From NCBI GenBank assembly GCA_963771075.1, contig CAVYSE010000011.1:416001-480000 (forward strand): a DNA stretch of 64,000 bases. The letters run 5' to 3'. The stretch's first letter is position 1, and every line of letters begins with the position of its first letter. The position numbers and the translations under genes are program-made. Positions 10,459-20,967 of this stretch are shown here, piece after piece. A model generated the notes under the pieces. It did not search any database. It saw nothing but the letters and a program-made list of their open reading frames with translations, and had not been told where the DNA came from. The DNA is from a candidate division FCPU426 bacterium (GTDB lineage: Bacteria > Oederibacteriota > Muellerivitia > Muellerivitales > Muellerivitaceae).

Positions 10459-11138
10459 AAGTATCCACCCGAATTTCCAGCGTCGCCCTGCTGGACCTGA
10501 TCACCGGCGAGGAATTGGCCGAATGCCATCTCCCGGCCGATTGGGAAAGCTCGGTTACCCTTATCCCCGCCATGGAAACCCTTCTCCAGGACCGGGACCT
10601 GACCGCGCAGGACCTGGCGGCCGTGGCGGTTTCGGTGGGCCCCGGCAGTTTTACGGGAATCCGGGTGGGGATCGCCACGGCGGAAGGTTTGTGCCTTCCC
10701 TCCAACCTGCTGGTTTTCGGCGTTCCCACCTTGGACGGGCTGGCCGAAAACCTGTTGAACGCCGGCCTCAAGGGGGAAGCCCTTTGCCTGGTGGACGCCC
10801 AGAGAGCCGAGTGTTTCGTGGGGCATTACTATGTGGATGACGAGGGTTTTCGCGCGATGAATCCCCCCCAAATATTGGCGCTGGATCGGCTGGACGCCAT
10901 CATCCAGGAAAGAGCCTGGATCGTGGGGCCGGGCGCGCTGAAGTACGAGAAACTTTTGCGCGAAAGCCTGGGGACAAGAGGTCTCTTCGCCTTTAACGCC
11001 CAGCAGCAGCCCAGCGCCATGAGCATCGCGCGCATCGCCTACCGCCAATGGCGCTCGGGCCTGCGCCCCTCGCTGGACGAGTTGAAGCCCCTCTATCTCA
11101 GGCCTCCGGCCGTGGACGAGAAAAAACACGACCCATGA
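10443..11138 (+). CDS. tsaB: tRNA t6A biosynthesis protein
   Basis: GPGSFTGIRVG, DAQRAE and PLYLR motifs; lies between tsaE and rimI. Confidence 0.95.
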   Translation: MLAAIEVSTRISSVALLDLITGEELAECHLPADWESSVTLIPAMETLLQDRDLTAQDLAAVAVSVGPGSFTGIRVGIATAEGLCLPSNLLVFGVPTLDGLAENLLNAGLKGEALCLVDAQRAECFVGHYYVDDEGFRAMNPPQILALDRLDAIIQERAWIVGPGALKYEKLLRESLGTRGLFAFNAQQQPSAMSIARIAYRQWRSGLRPSLDELKPLYLRPPAVDEKKHDP

Positions 11139-11596
11139 TCTTCCGCCCCATGATCCTGGCCGACCTGGACAAGGTCGTCGCCATCGAAAAAGTTTCCATG
11201 CCCTCGCCCTGGAGCTACGAGCTTTTCGAGGAGGAGCTGAAGCGCACCCAGGCCAATTATTTCGTCATCGAGGAAGAAGGCGTCCTGGCCGGTTATATCG
11301 GTTATTGGGAAGCCCCGGAGGAAGCCCATATCATCACCCTTGCCGTGTCGCCCGCTTTCCGCAACCGGGGGCTGGGGAAACGGATGATGGACCACTTCCT
11401 TGCCTTCGCCGCCCGGAAGGGGGCGAGGCTGGCGACGCTGGAAGTCCGGGAAGGGAACCAAGCGGGCCGCCGGCTTTACGAGAAATGTGGTTTTCGGCTG
11501 GTGGCCATCCGCAAAAAATATTACAGCGACAACCAGGAAGACGCGGTGGTGATGATCCGGGAGATCGCCGAGGCCCAAACACCGCCTTTCGGATGA
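11135..11596 (+). CDS. rimI: Ribosomal protein S18 alanine N-acetyltransferase
   Basis: PWS, LAVSPAFRNRGLG, LEVREGN and RKKYY...EDA motifs. Confidence 0.93.
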   Translation: MIFRPMILADLDKVVAIEKVSMPSPWSYELFEEELKRTQANYFVIEEEGVLAGYIGYWEAPEEAHIITLAVSPAFRNRGLGKRMMDHFLAFAARKGARLATLEVREGNQAGRRLYEKCGFRLVAIRKKYYSDNQEDAVVMIREIAEAQTPPFG

Positions 11597-11702
11597 ATTC
11601 TTTCTCGGCCCCTACGAAAGTTGTTCTTGTATCAGGACGGGAAACCGCCCATTGAGGGCCTGGTCATTGACGGGACTTCGGGTGGCCGATAGCATGGAAG
11701 GC

Positions 11703-12974
11703 ATGCGCACCCTTTTTAAATTAGGCCTGGTTTTACTGGCCTCCATCCTTTCGCTGGGAATAATGCCAGACCATTCATGGGCCGATAACGTCCAAACGAC
11801 CATCTTGCCTACGCCCACTCTTACTCCTCCCGCTTCACCCACGTCTGAATTAACCCCAACCCCCATTCCCGGCGCTTTGCCCAAAAACTGGGTGGGTGAG
11901 AAAATCTATACCTACGACACAACGTTTGGGACCAAGGGGGCAGGCCTCAATGAAATAAGCGGCCCGGAAGGTCTCTGCGTGGGCCCTGACGATAATCTTT
12001 ACATCGCGGACACCCAAAACAGCCGCATCCTGGTTTGGACCTGCGACGGACAACCCTTGAAATCCTTTGGCTCCTATGGCCCTTCGGCCGTCTGGCGCAA
12101 TGATCCGCAATTCGACCATCCGGCGGGGGTGATGGTGGCCCCGGGAGGGAAGATCTACGTGGCGGATACCCTTAACCACCGCGTCGTGGTCCTGGACCCC
12201 GATGGGACTGTTCTCATGAGTTGGGGAAGCCAGGGAGTCCGTCGCCGGCAGTTCAACATGCCCCGGGTGGTGGCCCGGGACCACTTTGGGAATATCTGGG
12301 TGCTGGACTCGGGAAATTCCAGGGTCACCAATTTCACGAATACGGGGAAATTCAACTTCACCTGGTCTTCCTACGGCACCCAGCCCGGACTGCTCAACCT
12401 TCCGCTGGGAATGGCCTTGAACAATATCGATCAGGGCATCCTGGCCGACACGGGCAATTTTCGGATCCAGGTTTTTAACGACATGGGGGCTTCCAATTAC
12501 GACCAGTCCCCGGTCACCACGGATACGGGAGCGGTCACGATGATCGCGACCCCCGTCAACAATGTCCCCGTCACGGTGATGGGGTGGTACGGAGACGGAC
12601 CCTACGAATTCAAGGAGCCCGCCGGAGTGTGCGTGACCAAAAGCGGTATGGTCGCCGTCGCCGACGGCTTGACGGGCCGGGTTGAATTTTTGAACGGCCG
12701 ATGGGACTTTGTCGGCCAGTGGAAGGCCAGCGAGGAGAACGTGAAACTGGCGTCTCCCCCCCGATTCCGTGCGGTGGCCTGCGATTCCAAGAACCGCCTT
12801 TACGTCACCGACATCCAGAATAATTGCATCATCCGCCTGAAGCTGATCAAGGAAGACCAGCCTCTCATCTCGACCGGCGGCGGCCCGGCGGCGACCGAGA
12901 CCCCCGTGGATACGCCTACTCCTACTCCCGATGATTCCATCCCCTATGGTGGGGCGGGATTTCCCATCCGCTGA
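11703..12974 (+). CDS. Secreted NHL-repeat beta-propeller protein with P/T-rich termini
   Basis: Signal peptide, repeated PxG...(I/L)Y(I/V)ADTxNxR units, and TPTPT segments. Confidence 0.85.
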   Translation: MRTLFKLGLVLLASILSLGIMPDHSWADNVQTTILPTPTLTPPASPTSELTPTPIPGALPKNWVGEKIYTYDTTFGTKGAGLNEISGPEGLCVGPDDNLYIADTQNSRILVWTCDGQPLKSFGSYGPSAVWRNDPQFDHPAGVMVAPGGKIYVADTLNHRVVVLDPDGTVLMSWGSQGVRRRQFNMPRVVARDHFGNIWVLDSGNSRVTNFTNTGKFNFTWSSYGTQPGLLNLPLGMALNNIDQGILADTGNFRIQVFNDMGASNYDQSPVTTDTGAVTMIATPVNNVPVTVMGWYGDGPYEFKEPAGVCVTKSGMVAVADGLTGRVEFLNGRWDFVGQWKASEENVKLASPPRFRAVACDSKNRLYVTDIQNNCIIRLKLIKEDQPLISTGGGPAATETPVDTPTPTPDDSIPYGGAGFPIR

Positions 12975-13118
12975 ATCCTCCGCCCATTCGTTTGTCAAAC
13001 CCTCCGTTCCCGCTCTTTCCGAAATGTTTTCTTTAGACAAAACCTGCCCGGCCCGGATCTTTCCTTAGACGCTCCCCGAATCCACGGAAGAAAATTTTTA
13101 TTATTTTGGGCTTGAATT

Positions 13119-13158
13119 ATAACTATACGGTTGTATAACTACACGGATGTATAGTTAT
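13119..13158 (+). promoter_or_regulatory. Palindromic TetR operator overlapping a sigma70-like promoter
   Basis: ATAACTATAC...GTATAGTTAT inverted repeat containing two tandem TAYACGGWTGTATA units. TTGAAT...TATAAC lies just upstream of tetR. Confidence 0.7.
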
Positions 13159-13172
13159 GAAGGAGGGGGACT

Positions 13173-13823
13173 ATGACCCGGCCATCCCAGAACGCCGATA
13201 AGCGCCTCATCGAGGCGGCCCAGAAGATGCTCAAGAAAAACAGCCTGAGCCAGATGAACGTTCGGCAAGTGGCCGCCGAGGCGGGGGTGAACCTTGGGAT
13301 GTTCCACTACCACTTCAAGACGAAGGACCAGTTCATCCGGGCGGTTTTGCAGGACCTTTACGAAAAGTTTTTCAAGAACTTCGGATTGAAAATCGAGGAA
13401 GCCGACACGAACCTGGAAAAACTCCGGCAGGCCCTATTCGCCGTCGGGCAATTCGCCCGGGATAACCGGGTGTTGGCCCTGGCCATTTTGCGGGACCTGT
13501 TGGACCACAACCAGGAAACCTTGAATTTCATCAAGACCAACGCCACCCGGCACGCGGTTGTCCTTTGGGAGCTGGTCAGCCAATGCCAGAAAGAAGGAAG
13601 CCTCGAAAAAATGCCCAAGCCCCAGGCCATGGCTTTCATGATGCCGGCGGTGGCGGGCCCCGCCCTAGTCCTGGCCGGGGTTGAAAGCGTGGCTTCCTCT
13701 CTTTTGTCCAAGGGTCTGCTCAAGGGCGCCGGAATGATGATCCTTTCGGATGAGGCATTGAAAAAGAGGATCGATATGGCCCTGAAGGGTTTGGGCGCCA
13801 ACAGCAAGGGAGGCAAGGGATGA
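13173..13823 (+). CDS. TetR/AcrR-family regulator
   Basis: VRQVAAEAGVNLGMFHYHFKTKDQ HTH. Confidence 0.93.
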   Translation: MTRPSQNADKRLIEAAQKMLKKNSLSQMNVRQVAAEAGVNLGMFHYHFKTKDQFIRAVLQDLYEKFFKNFGLKIEEADTNLEKLRQALFAVGQFARDNRVLALAILRDLLDHNQETLNFIKTNATRHAVVLWELVSQCQKEGSLEKMPKPQAMAFMMPAVAGPALVLAGVESVASSLLSKGLLKGAGMMILSDEALKKRIDMALKGLGANSKGGKG

Positions 13824-15247
13824 GGAAAAGAAAGGTTTGGGCCCTTCTCGGGGCCTGTTTGGGTTCTTATATGTTTTCGGGATGGGCCCTCAGCCAGGAA
13901 AAAACGCAGGTTTCCACCTTGAAATTGTCCCTTTCGGACCTGATTCAGGCCGCGATGAAGAACTCGCCGAAACTGGACTCGGCGAGATTGACCGCGCTGT
14001 CAGCCTTGAGCGAGGCGCACTCGGCCGGGGCGGCCGAGTTTCCCCGCCTTTCGGCGACGGGAAATTACTTTTATAACACCACCATCCCCGACTTGCAGAT
14101 CAGCCCCATGGCCCCGGCCATACCTTTTGGGTTCAACAATAACTGGTCCGCAAACGCCAACCTCTCCTTTGACCTTTGGGATTTTCGCTCCCTGCACAAC
14201 CAGGCCAACAGCCTGGACCAATGGTCCCAATCCCAAGATCAGGCTTACGAATCCGCGAAACGCCAACTTCTTCTGGCGGTGCGGATGGGTTATTTCCAAA
14301 CCCAGATCAACCTGGAGCAGGTGAGGCTTTTGGGGGAATCGCTCCAGGTGGCCCAAGCCCAGTACGGGGACATCAGCCACCAAACACGGTATGGCGCCGC
14401 AAGCCGGTTGGACCGGCTCTCTTCTCATCAAGAGGTTATCAATTACCAGCGTTCCTTTAGCCAGGCCCAGGCTGTTCTCTCCGGTTCCCTGCGGGATCTA
14501 TTCGACCTGACGGGAATAGAAGAACCCGCGGATTTTGCGACCCCCCTGGACGCCCGCATGAAGGGAAACAAACCGGACGGCACCTCGATGCCCACCGTCT
14601 GGCTTTCCATGGACCCCCTGGAGGGTTCCTTAAAAGACCTACAAAAGGAAAGCAGGGCGTTTCCCGATGATTCAGTGCCCCAGCTCAAGGCTTACGCTTG
14701 TCTGGCCGAATCGGAACGTTTCGCGGCGGATTCGGTGGCGGCCGGGATGCTTCCCAAGGTGACCCTTTCCGCCCAGGCGGGATATCAGGACCCCATCGGC
14801 CCCATCAATGAAACCATCCAGCAAAACACCATCAGCCTCACGGCCTCCATGCCCCTCTTCGACTGGGGACAGATTCTGGATGATTCGGATTCGAAGCGAA
14901 AACAATCCCAAGCCTATTTACGCGACCTGGGCCAGGCCAAGAGCGACCTGTGGAGGGATTTTCACAAAACCCAGGACCTGCTGAGGTCCATCCAATATCA
15001 GCAAGGTTTGAACCGCACCGCCGTGGAGGAAACCCAGCAACTCGCGAAATTGACCTATGTCTCTTATAAAGCGGGCGGCTCGAAATACCTAGAGGTGCAG
15101 ACGGCCAATTTTCAGGCCTTGACCGCAAAGGTCCAAGCCGTGACGAACGAGATCCAAATGCTGATGCAATTGTCGGTTTTGTCCTCCCTGTCCGGGGGCA
15201 GTTCACAGTCGACAGCCAGCAGCTCGCAGCCAGAAGAAAAACATTAA
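13820..15247 (+). CDS. TolC-family outer-membrane efflux protein
   Basis: Signal peptide, two OEP repeats (AEFPRLS, MLPKVTL, MPLFDWG), and YKAG near the C-terminus. Confidence 0.88.
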   Translation: MRKRKVWALLGACLGSYMFSGWALSQEKTQVSTLKLSLSDLIQAAMKNSPKLDSARLTALSALSEAHSAGAAEFPRLSATGNYFYNTTIPDLQISPMAPAIPFGFNNNWSANANLSFDLWDFRSLHNQANSLDQWSQSQDQAYESAKRQLLLAVRMGYFQTQINLEQVRLLGESLQVAQAQYGDISHQTRYGAASRLDRLSSHQEVINYQRSFSQAQAVLSGSLRDLFDLTGIEEPADFATPLDARMKGNKPDGTSMPTVWLSMDPLEGSLKDLQKESRAFPDDSVPQLKAYACLAESERFAADSVAAGMLPKVTLSAQAGYQDPIGPINETIQQNTISLTASMPLFDWGQILDDSDSKRKQSQAYLRDLGQAKSDLWRDFHKTQDLLRSIQYQQGLNRTAVEETQQLAKLTYVSYKAGGSKYLEVQTANFQALTAKVQAVTNEIQMLMQLSVLSSLSGGSSQSTASSSQPEEKH

Positions 15248-15294
15248 ACCGTCGACTGAAAACTATGCAGTGCTGAATTGAAAAGGAGAACGAC

Positions 15295-16029
15295 ATGAAA
15301 AAACGCCTCAGAATCATCATTCCCATCCTCGTGCTCGGGATCGGGGGTTACCTGCTCTGGAGCCACTTCTACGGGAATCCCTTCACTTTCGCCGGAACGG
15401 TCGAGGCCACTGAGGTGGATGTGCCCGCCCAGGTCTCCTCCACCATCGCCGCCCTGGCCGTGGATGAGGGGCAGGCGGTAACCCAGGGCCAACTATTGGT
15501 TTCCCTGGATGGGCAGGATTACCGACTGTCCCAAAGCCAAGCGGACGACGATTTCGCCCGCGGAGAGAAGCTTTACCAGAGCGGCTCCATGCCCAAGGAA
15601 ACCTTCAATCACCTGCAAAACCAGAAACAACTGGCAGACCTGCGGGTGCAATGGTGTTCCATCACCTCGCCCCTGACCGGGACGGTCCTCACCAAGTACC
15701 ACGAGCCGGGGGAGTGGGTAAACCCGGGAACCAAGGTCTTCACCCTGGCGGATCTGCGGGAAGTCTGGTGCCTGATCTATGTGCCCGCGCCCGACCTTCA
15801 AAAACTCGCATATGGGCAAAAGTTGAAGGCTCGTTTGGACGACGAGAACAAAACCTCATTCGAGGGAACGGTCACCCATATCAACGACCAGGCGGAATTT
15901 ACCCCCAAGAATGTCCAGACCGAGAAGGAACGGACAAACCTGGTTTACGCCATCAAGGTCACTTTTCCCAACCCGAAAGGCCTGCTGAAGCCGGGCATGA
16001 CGCTGGAAGTCTCCATACCCCAAAAGTAA
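15295..16029 (+). CDS. HlyD/YbhG-like membrane fusion protein
   Basis: GTVEATEVDV, EFTPKNVQT..ER and LKPGM motifs. Confidence 0.92.
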   Translation: MKKRLRIIIPILVLGIGGYLLWSHFYGNPFTFAGTVEATEVDVPAQVSSTIAALAVDEGQAVTQGQLLVSLDGQDYRLSQSQADDDFARGEKLYQSGSMPKETFNHLQNQKQLADLRVQWCSITSPLTGTVLTKYHEPGEWVNPGTKVFTLADLREVWCLIYVPAPDLQKLAYGQKLKARLDDENKTSFEGTVTHINDQAEFTPKNVQTEKERTNLVYAIKVTFPNPKGLLKPGMTLEVSIPQK

Positions 16030-16122
16030 CCAAGTCGACGGACGACAGCGGAGATTTTAAAGCCGTAATGCCTGCCTGCCGACTGTTGACCGCTAACTGT
16101 GAACTGTCTTTAGGAGTGTTAA

Positions 16123-16884
16123 GTGCCCGAAGCGCAGATATCCATCGAGGTCCAGGAACTCTTCAAGAACATGGGGCCCAACCACGCCATCGAGGGCGTG
16201 AGTCTCACCCTGGAACCGGGGCTTTTGCACGGCCTGATCGGCCCCGAGGGTTCGGGCAAAACCACCCTCTTGCGCCACCTCATCGGGCTTTTGAAGTCGG
16301 ACAAGGGCCAGGTGATCTATAAAGAAAACGGGAAGGTCGTGCCGCTGGAGGACGTCCGGTCCCGCATGGCCTATATGCCCCAAATGCAAAGCCTTTACGC
16401 GGACCTTTCCATCGGGGAACACCTGGATTTTTTTCGGGAGCTCTACCAGATCCCGGCCCGAACCTACATCGAACGGCGCAAGGAATTGCTCCAGGTCACA
16501 CGGCTGGGTCCCTTCGTGGAAAGGCCCGCGGGCCAGCTCTCCGGCGGCATGTACAAGAAACTGGGCCTGATGTGCGCCCTGCTCCAGTCCCCTAACCTGG
16601 TGCTGTTGGATGAGCCGACCACGGGGGTGGACCCCATCAGCCGGAGGGAATTCTGGGAAATGCTCTACCGCCTTCGGGCGGAGGGCATCCTCATCGTCAT
16701 CACCACCGCCTACATGGACGAGGCCGAGAGATGCGACCGGGTGCATTTGATGGAGCGGGGAAAGCTCCTGGCCACCGGGGAACCCAAGGAGATCCTGGCC
16801 CGGGAGCAGGTTGAAAGTTTCGAGAAGCTTTTCCTCAAATACGACACCCACAAATTGACCAATCCCCTGGAGGCGTTCTCGTGA
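16123..16884 (+). CDS. ABC transporter ATP-binding protein (YbhF N-half-like)
   Basis: GPEGSGKTT, LSGGM, LLDEPTTGVDP and TAYMDEAE motifs. Confidence 0.92.
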   Translation: MPEAQISIEVQELFKNMGPNHAIEGVSLTLEPGLLHGLIGPEGSGKTTLLRHLIGLLKSDKGQVIYKENGKVVPLEDVRSRMAYMPQMQSLYADLSIGEHLDFFRELYQIPARTYIERRKELLQVTRLGPFVERPAGQLSGGMYKKLGLMCALLQSPNLVLLDEPTTGVDPISRREFWEMLYRLRAEGILIVITTAYMDEAERCDRVHLMERGKLLATGEPKEILAREQVESFEKLFLKYDTHKLTNPLEAFS

Positions 16885-17818
16885 GCGCGCTCGAACAGGG
16901 AAAGGGCTACTCGGTCGAGGTGAAAAACCTCACGGTGAAGTTCGGGTCATTCACCGCCGTGGATAGCATTTCCTTTTTCGTGCACCCGGGCGAGATCTTC
17001 GGCTTTCTCGGCGCGAACGGGGCGGGCAAAACCACCACCATCCGGGTGCTCTGCGGCCTGTTGGAACCCTCCTCGGGGGATGTCCGGGTCGCGGGGCTGG
17101 ATCCCAGACAGGGGCTTTCACCCATCAAGGCCAAGGTGGGCTATATGTCCCAGAAATTCACCCTTTACCCGGATATGTCGGTGGATGAGAACCTGGAATT
17201 CGCCGCCGCCCTGCACAAGACGCCTAAGGATGTTTTCCTGAAGCGCAAGAAGGAAGGGCTGGAGATCATCGGCTTCCGGCCGGAAGGCCGCCAGCTGGTG
17301 CGGGAACTTTCCGGCGGCACCAAGCAGGAGGTGTCCCTGGTGGCTTCGCTCTTCACGACCCGGAGATCCTGTTCCTGGACGAGCCCACGGCGGGGGTTTC
17401 GCCCGTCTCTCGCAGCCGGTTCTGGTCCATCATCCGGGACCTGTCCCGGCGGGGAAAAACGGTCTTCGTCACGACCCACTACATGGACGAGGCCGAGAAT
17501 TGCGGGCGGATCGCCCTCATGAGGGACGGGAAGATCGTGGCGCTGGACAGCCCGGATTCCTTGAAGAAAAACACCTTCCCCGAGCCTCTTTTCGAGCTAA
17601 CCCCCCGGGATAAGGATCATCTCGATTGGCTGGAAACCCTGCGCCAGAGCGGGTCCATCCTCTCGGTAAAGCCCTATGGCATGAGGTACCACGCCATTGT
17701 GAGCGATGAAGGGAAGTGGAACGAGGTCAGCTCCCGGATGTCGGCCGACTTCAAGGCCTGGCCCATCCAGCCCTCGCTGGAGGATGTGTTCATCCGTGTG
17801 GTGGAGGGGGTTCGATGA
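16881..17818 (+). CDS. ABC transporter ATP-binding protein, frameshifted near 17351 (probable sequencing error)
   Basis: GANGAGKTT and LSGG in frame 1. Adding one C restores LLHDPEILFLDEPT...THYMDEAE in the next frame. Confidence 0.85.
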
Positions 17819-18935
17819 AAGACCCCGTCAATCTCCGGCGCGCCTATTCCATCGGCTTCAAGGAAGTGCGGCACATTTGGCGGGATCCCTTCACCCTGAG
17901 CCTGGCCCTGGGGCTTCCGCTCCTGATGGTGCTTTTTTTCGGCCTGGCCATGGATTTCAACGTGCATGACATCCACCTGACGGCCTACGACAGGACCACA
18001 GCCGCTCCTCCCGCCAGCTCTTGGAAACCTTTGAGAGTTCGGGCTATTTCCAGCCCCATTTAAAACCCCTGGCAGGCGACGTCACCGAACCCCTGCAGGC
18101 CAACCAGGCCAAGGCGGTGCTGGTGATCCCACCCCGTTTCGGCCGCTACGTGGTTTCCCGCATGGATTCCCCCGTGCAGGTCCTGATCGATGGCACGGAT
18201 AATTCCACGGCCGGGGTCATCGGGGGCTACATGGACGGCATCCAGGCCGCGGCCAACCTGCGGCTTGCCAATACCGTGGTGAATCCCCTGGTCACCCTCA
18301 AGCCCCGCTACCTCTTCAACCCGGAGCTGAACAGCCGGTGGTTCACCGTGCCGGGGCTGGCCACGGTGGTGCTGGCCATCATTTCCATCCTTTTGACGGC
18401 CATGACCGTGGCCCGGGAATGGGAGAACGGCTCCATGGAACTTCTGCTCTCTACCCCCGTGCACCCGGTGGAAATCATCCTGGGCAAGCTGGCCCCCTAC
18501 GTGGTGCTGGGTCTGACCGCCCAGGCCCTCATCTATCTCCTCGCCCGATTCTATTTCGGCATCCCCTTCATGGGAAGCCACCTGCTTTTCATCCTGGGGA
18601 CCTTCCTGTTCGTCGCTTCCTACATGGCCCTGGGGCTGCTGATCTCGGTCACCACGCGCCAGCAGATATTGGCCATGCAGTTTTCCATGATGATGGGCAT
18701 GCTTCCCAATATCCTGCTCTCCGGGTTCATCTTCCCCATCGAGAACATGCCGACGTTCTTCCAATGGCTGACGGCCCTCTTCCCGGCCCGATGGTTCGTG
18801 CTGGTGATCCGGGGATGCTTCCTGAGGGGGTCCGACCTGAACCAACTGGCGGTGCCCCTCACGGTCCTGCTCTTCATGGCGGTCTTTTTCGTGACGATGG
18901 CCGTGCGCAAGTTCAAGAAGGACGTGGAACCGTGA
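17815..18935 (+). CDS. ABC-2 permease (YbhS-like), frameshifted near 17991
   Basis: KEVRHIWRDP start. Adding one C gives AYDQDHSRSSRQLLETF, followed by FNPEL, AREWENGSME and LSGFIFPIENMP. Confidence 0.85.
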
Positions 18936-18940
18936 AAAGA

Positions 18941-19013
18941 CAGTTAACAGCTCACAGTTCGCAGTTGGCAGGTAAGGCTTGGCTGCGGTCTGCGAACTGC
19001 CATCCGCCAACTG
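18941..19013. repeat. 7-mer tandem / inverted intergenic repeat
   Basis: CAGTTAA CAGCTCA CAGTTCG CAGTTGG ... CTGCGGT CTGCGAA CTGCCAT CCGCCAA CTG. Similar elements occur at 15199-15280, 16032-16107 and 62488-62591. Confidence 0.75.
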
Positions 19014-19029
19014 CCTTTCGAGGTGTTGA

Positions 19030-20163
19030 ATGAAACTGAACCCCACCGTCATGGGTTTTTTCAAGAAGGAACTGGTGCAGACTCTGCGCGACAAGCGCAT
19101 GCGCATCATGCTCTTCGTCATGCCGGTCATTCAGATGACGGTCTTCGGGGTGGCCATTTCCACCGAGACCCGCAACATCAAACTGGCGGCCATCTATCAG
19201 CCCAACGACTTCTTGTGCCGCCGGGTGGTGGAGAGGTGTTACAGCTCGAAGTGGTTCATCCCGGCCAAGAACCTGGATGGGAACGATCCTTTTAAATGGA
19301 TCCAATCGGGAAAAGCTGATGTGGTGATGATCGCCCCGGAAAAGGGCCTCACCCGGGGCGTGGGGCGAGCCCTTCAACCAGGCTCAGGGGAGGGCGGTGC
19401 CAACCTGCAGCTTCTGATCGATTCCAGCAACATCACCAAGGCCCAGGCCGTCGAAAGCTACACCCAGGCCACCTTGAGCCAGGTCCTGACCGAGGCTTTC
19501 CCTCAGAAGAACCAAAGTCCGCCGGTGAGGTTCGTGGCCCGCTACCTCTACAACCCGGAAATGGTGACCTCGGTCTTCATGGTCCCGAGCGTCCTTTGCA
19601 TGATTTTGCTGATGGTGACCATGATCCTTTCCTCATCCTCCATGGCCAGGGAAAAGGAAATGGGCACCCTGGAAACCCTGCTTTCGTCCCCCGCCACCAC
19701 CACCGAAATCATGCTGGGCAAGTCGCTCCCCTTCGTTCTTCTGGGGATGATCGAGTTCCCGCTGGTGATCGCCGTAGCGATCTTTGGGTTCGGCGTTCCC
19801 ATGAGGGGTTCGTTCTTCCTTTTAATGGGTTGCGCCCTCGTTTTTATGTGCAACGCCGTGGCTTTTGGGATACTGCTCTCCACCTTCGTGAAAAACCTGC
19901 AACAGTCGGCGATGGCGGGTTTCCTGTTCATCTTCCCGGCCATCCAGCTTTCAGGCGTGCTGTATCCAGTGGAGAACATGCCTTGGCTTTTAAAGTATTG
20001 CGCTTACCTGGACCCGATCATGTATTTCGTGAACCTGTTAAGGAATATCATGCTCAAGGGCGGGGATTTTCAGGTGGTAGCCTTCAACGCAGGAGCTTTG
20101 TTCGTTATGGGCGTCATCGCCATCGGGATCGCTTCCCGCCGGTTCCACCAGACATTGAATTGA
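19030..20163 (+). CDS. ABC-2 permease (YbhR-like)
   Basis: KELVQTLRD, YNPE, AREKEMGTLE and LSGVLYPVENMP motifs. Confidence 0.92.
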   Translation: MKLNPTVMGFFKKELVQTLRDKRMRIMLFVMPVIQMTVFGVAISTETRNIKLAAIYQPNDFLCRRVVERCYSSKWFIPAKNLDGNDPFKWIQSGKADVVMIAPEKGLTRGVGRALQPGSGEGGANLQLLIDSSNITKAQAVESYTQATLSQVLTEAFPQKNQSPPVRFVARYLYNPEMVTSVFMVPSVLCMILLMVTMILSSSSMAREKEMGTLETLLSSPATTTEIMLGKSLPFVLLGMIEFPLVIAVAIFGFGVPMRGSFFLLMGCALVFMCNAVAFGILLSTFVKNLQQSAMAGFLFIFPAIQLSGVLYPVENMPWLLKYCAYLDPIMYFVNLLRNIMLKGGDFQVVAFNAGALFVMGVIAIGIASRRFHQTLN

Positions 20164-20367
20164 TCAATTGAAAACAGAACGATAAGACCGAATTACACCT
20201 AAGGTGTCATTTTCAATAAATATGAACTTTTTTCACCCCCCCTTTTTCCAAAACAAAAGGGTTTTCAAAGACTCCTATCTCGAATAATTCTTTTAGCGCG
20301 TCCATTAAAGTTTCCTGCCAAAGTGCCGTTATAAGTACTAGGGAGTTTTGAGGGCTTTGGGGGAAAA

Positions 20368-20691
20368 ATGGACTCATTATCAATCAATTCAGCGATGATC
20401 AATTCACTGGAACAAACCATCGACCAGATCGTCAAACAGGAACTGGCCGCCAACAAACCGAACCCCGCCCAGATCCAGGCCCGGCAAAAGGCCCTCGACT
20501 TTAACCTGGAAATGAGCCGGGTTTCGAGCGAGATGGAGCAGGCCCAACGGCAGATGGTAAGCGCCGATTCCCAGTTGACCCCCGACGCCAAACAAAGGTA
20601 CGTCTATTGGAAGACCCAGATGGCCCTTTTGGAAAGCCAAAAACCCCTGACCTATGATCCGCAAACCGATCCCCAAACCATGAGCCTTTAA
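20368..20691 (+). CDS. Hypothetical helical protein
   Basis: 107-aa Q-rich ORF with a G-rich RBS; family not recognised. Confidence 0.55.
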   Translation: MDSLSINSAMINSLEQTIDQIVKQELAANKPNPAQIQARQKALDFNLEMSRVSSEMEQAQRQMVSADSQLTPDAKQRYVYWKTQMALLESQKPLTYDPQTDPQTMSL

Positions 20692-20748
20692 CCCTTTTGG
20701 ATAGGGACCGCCCCCGCCCATAACGAAGTTTCCTATTTAAATAAGCTG

Positions 20749-20877
20749 TAACCTCTAAAAAAGTCGGCTTACGCCGCCTTTTTTAGCAAGTCTTATGAGT
20801 AACCCCACGATTTTCTGCGGAAATCTTTGGGGTCGAGACCTCTGATTGTCGCTTTATTGAAGTTTTTCAGAGGTCTC
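20749..20877. repeat. 129-bp structured repeat (MITE-like), copy 1
   Basis: Near-identical to 36204-36332. Imperfect inverted ends (TAACCTCTAAAAA / TTTTTCAGAGGTCTC) and three internal hairpins. Confidence 0.8.
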
Positions 20878-20918
20878 AAGCCTTTTCTTTCTGGTCCTCC
20901 CTAATAGCTTCCATTAAA

Positions 20919-20946
20919 GTAACTTAAATGCCGCTTGTTCCCTATA
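20919..20946 (+). promoter_or_regulatory. Putative ECF promoter (autoregulatory)
   Basis: GTAACT-N16-CCTATA directly upstream of the AGGAG RBS of the ECF sigma gene. Confidence 0.65.
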
Positions 20947-20967
20947 AATGTTCAGGAGCCAAGGCCT

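Noticed and set aside
17341..18000. Programmed ribosomal frameshifting in the ABC genes
   Set aside because: No slippery heptamer or stimulatory structure; the same indel pattern recurs in unrelated genes, which favours sequencing error.
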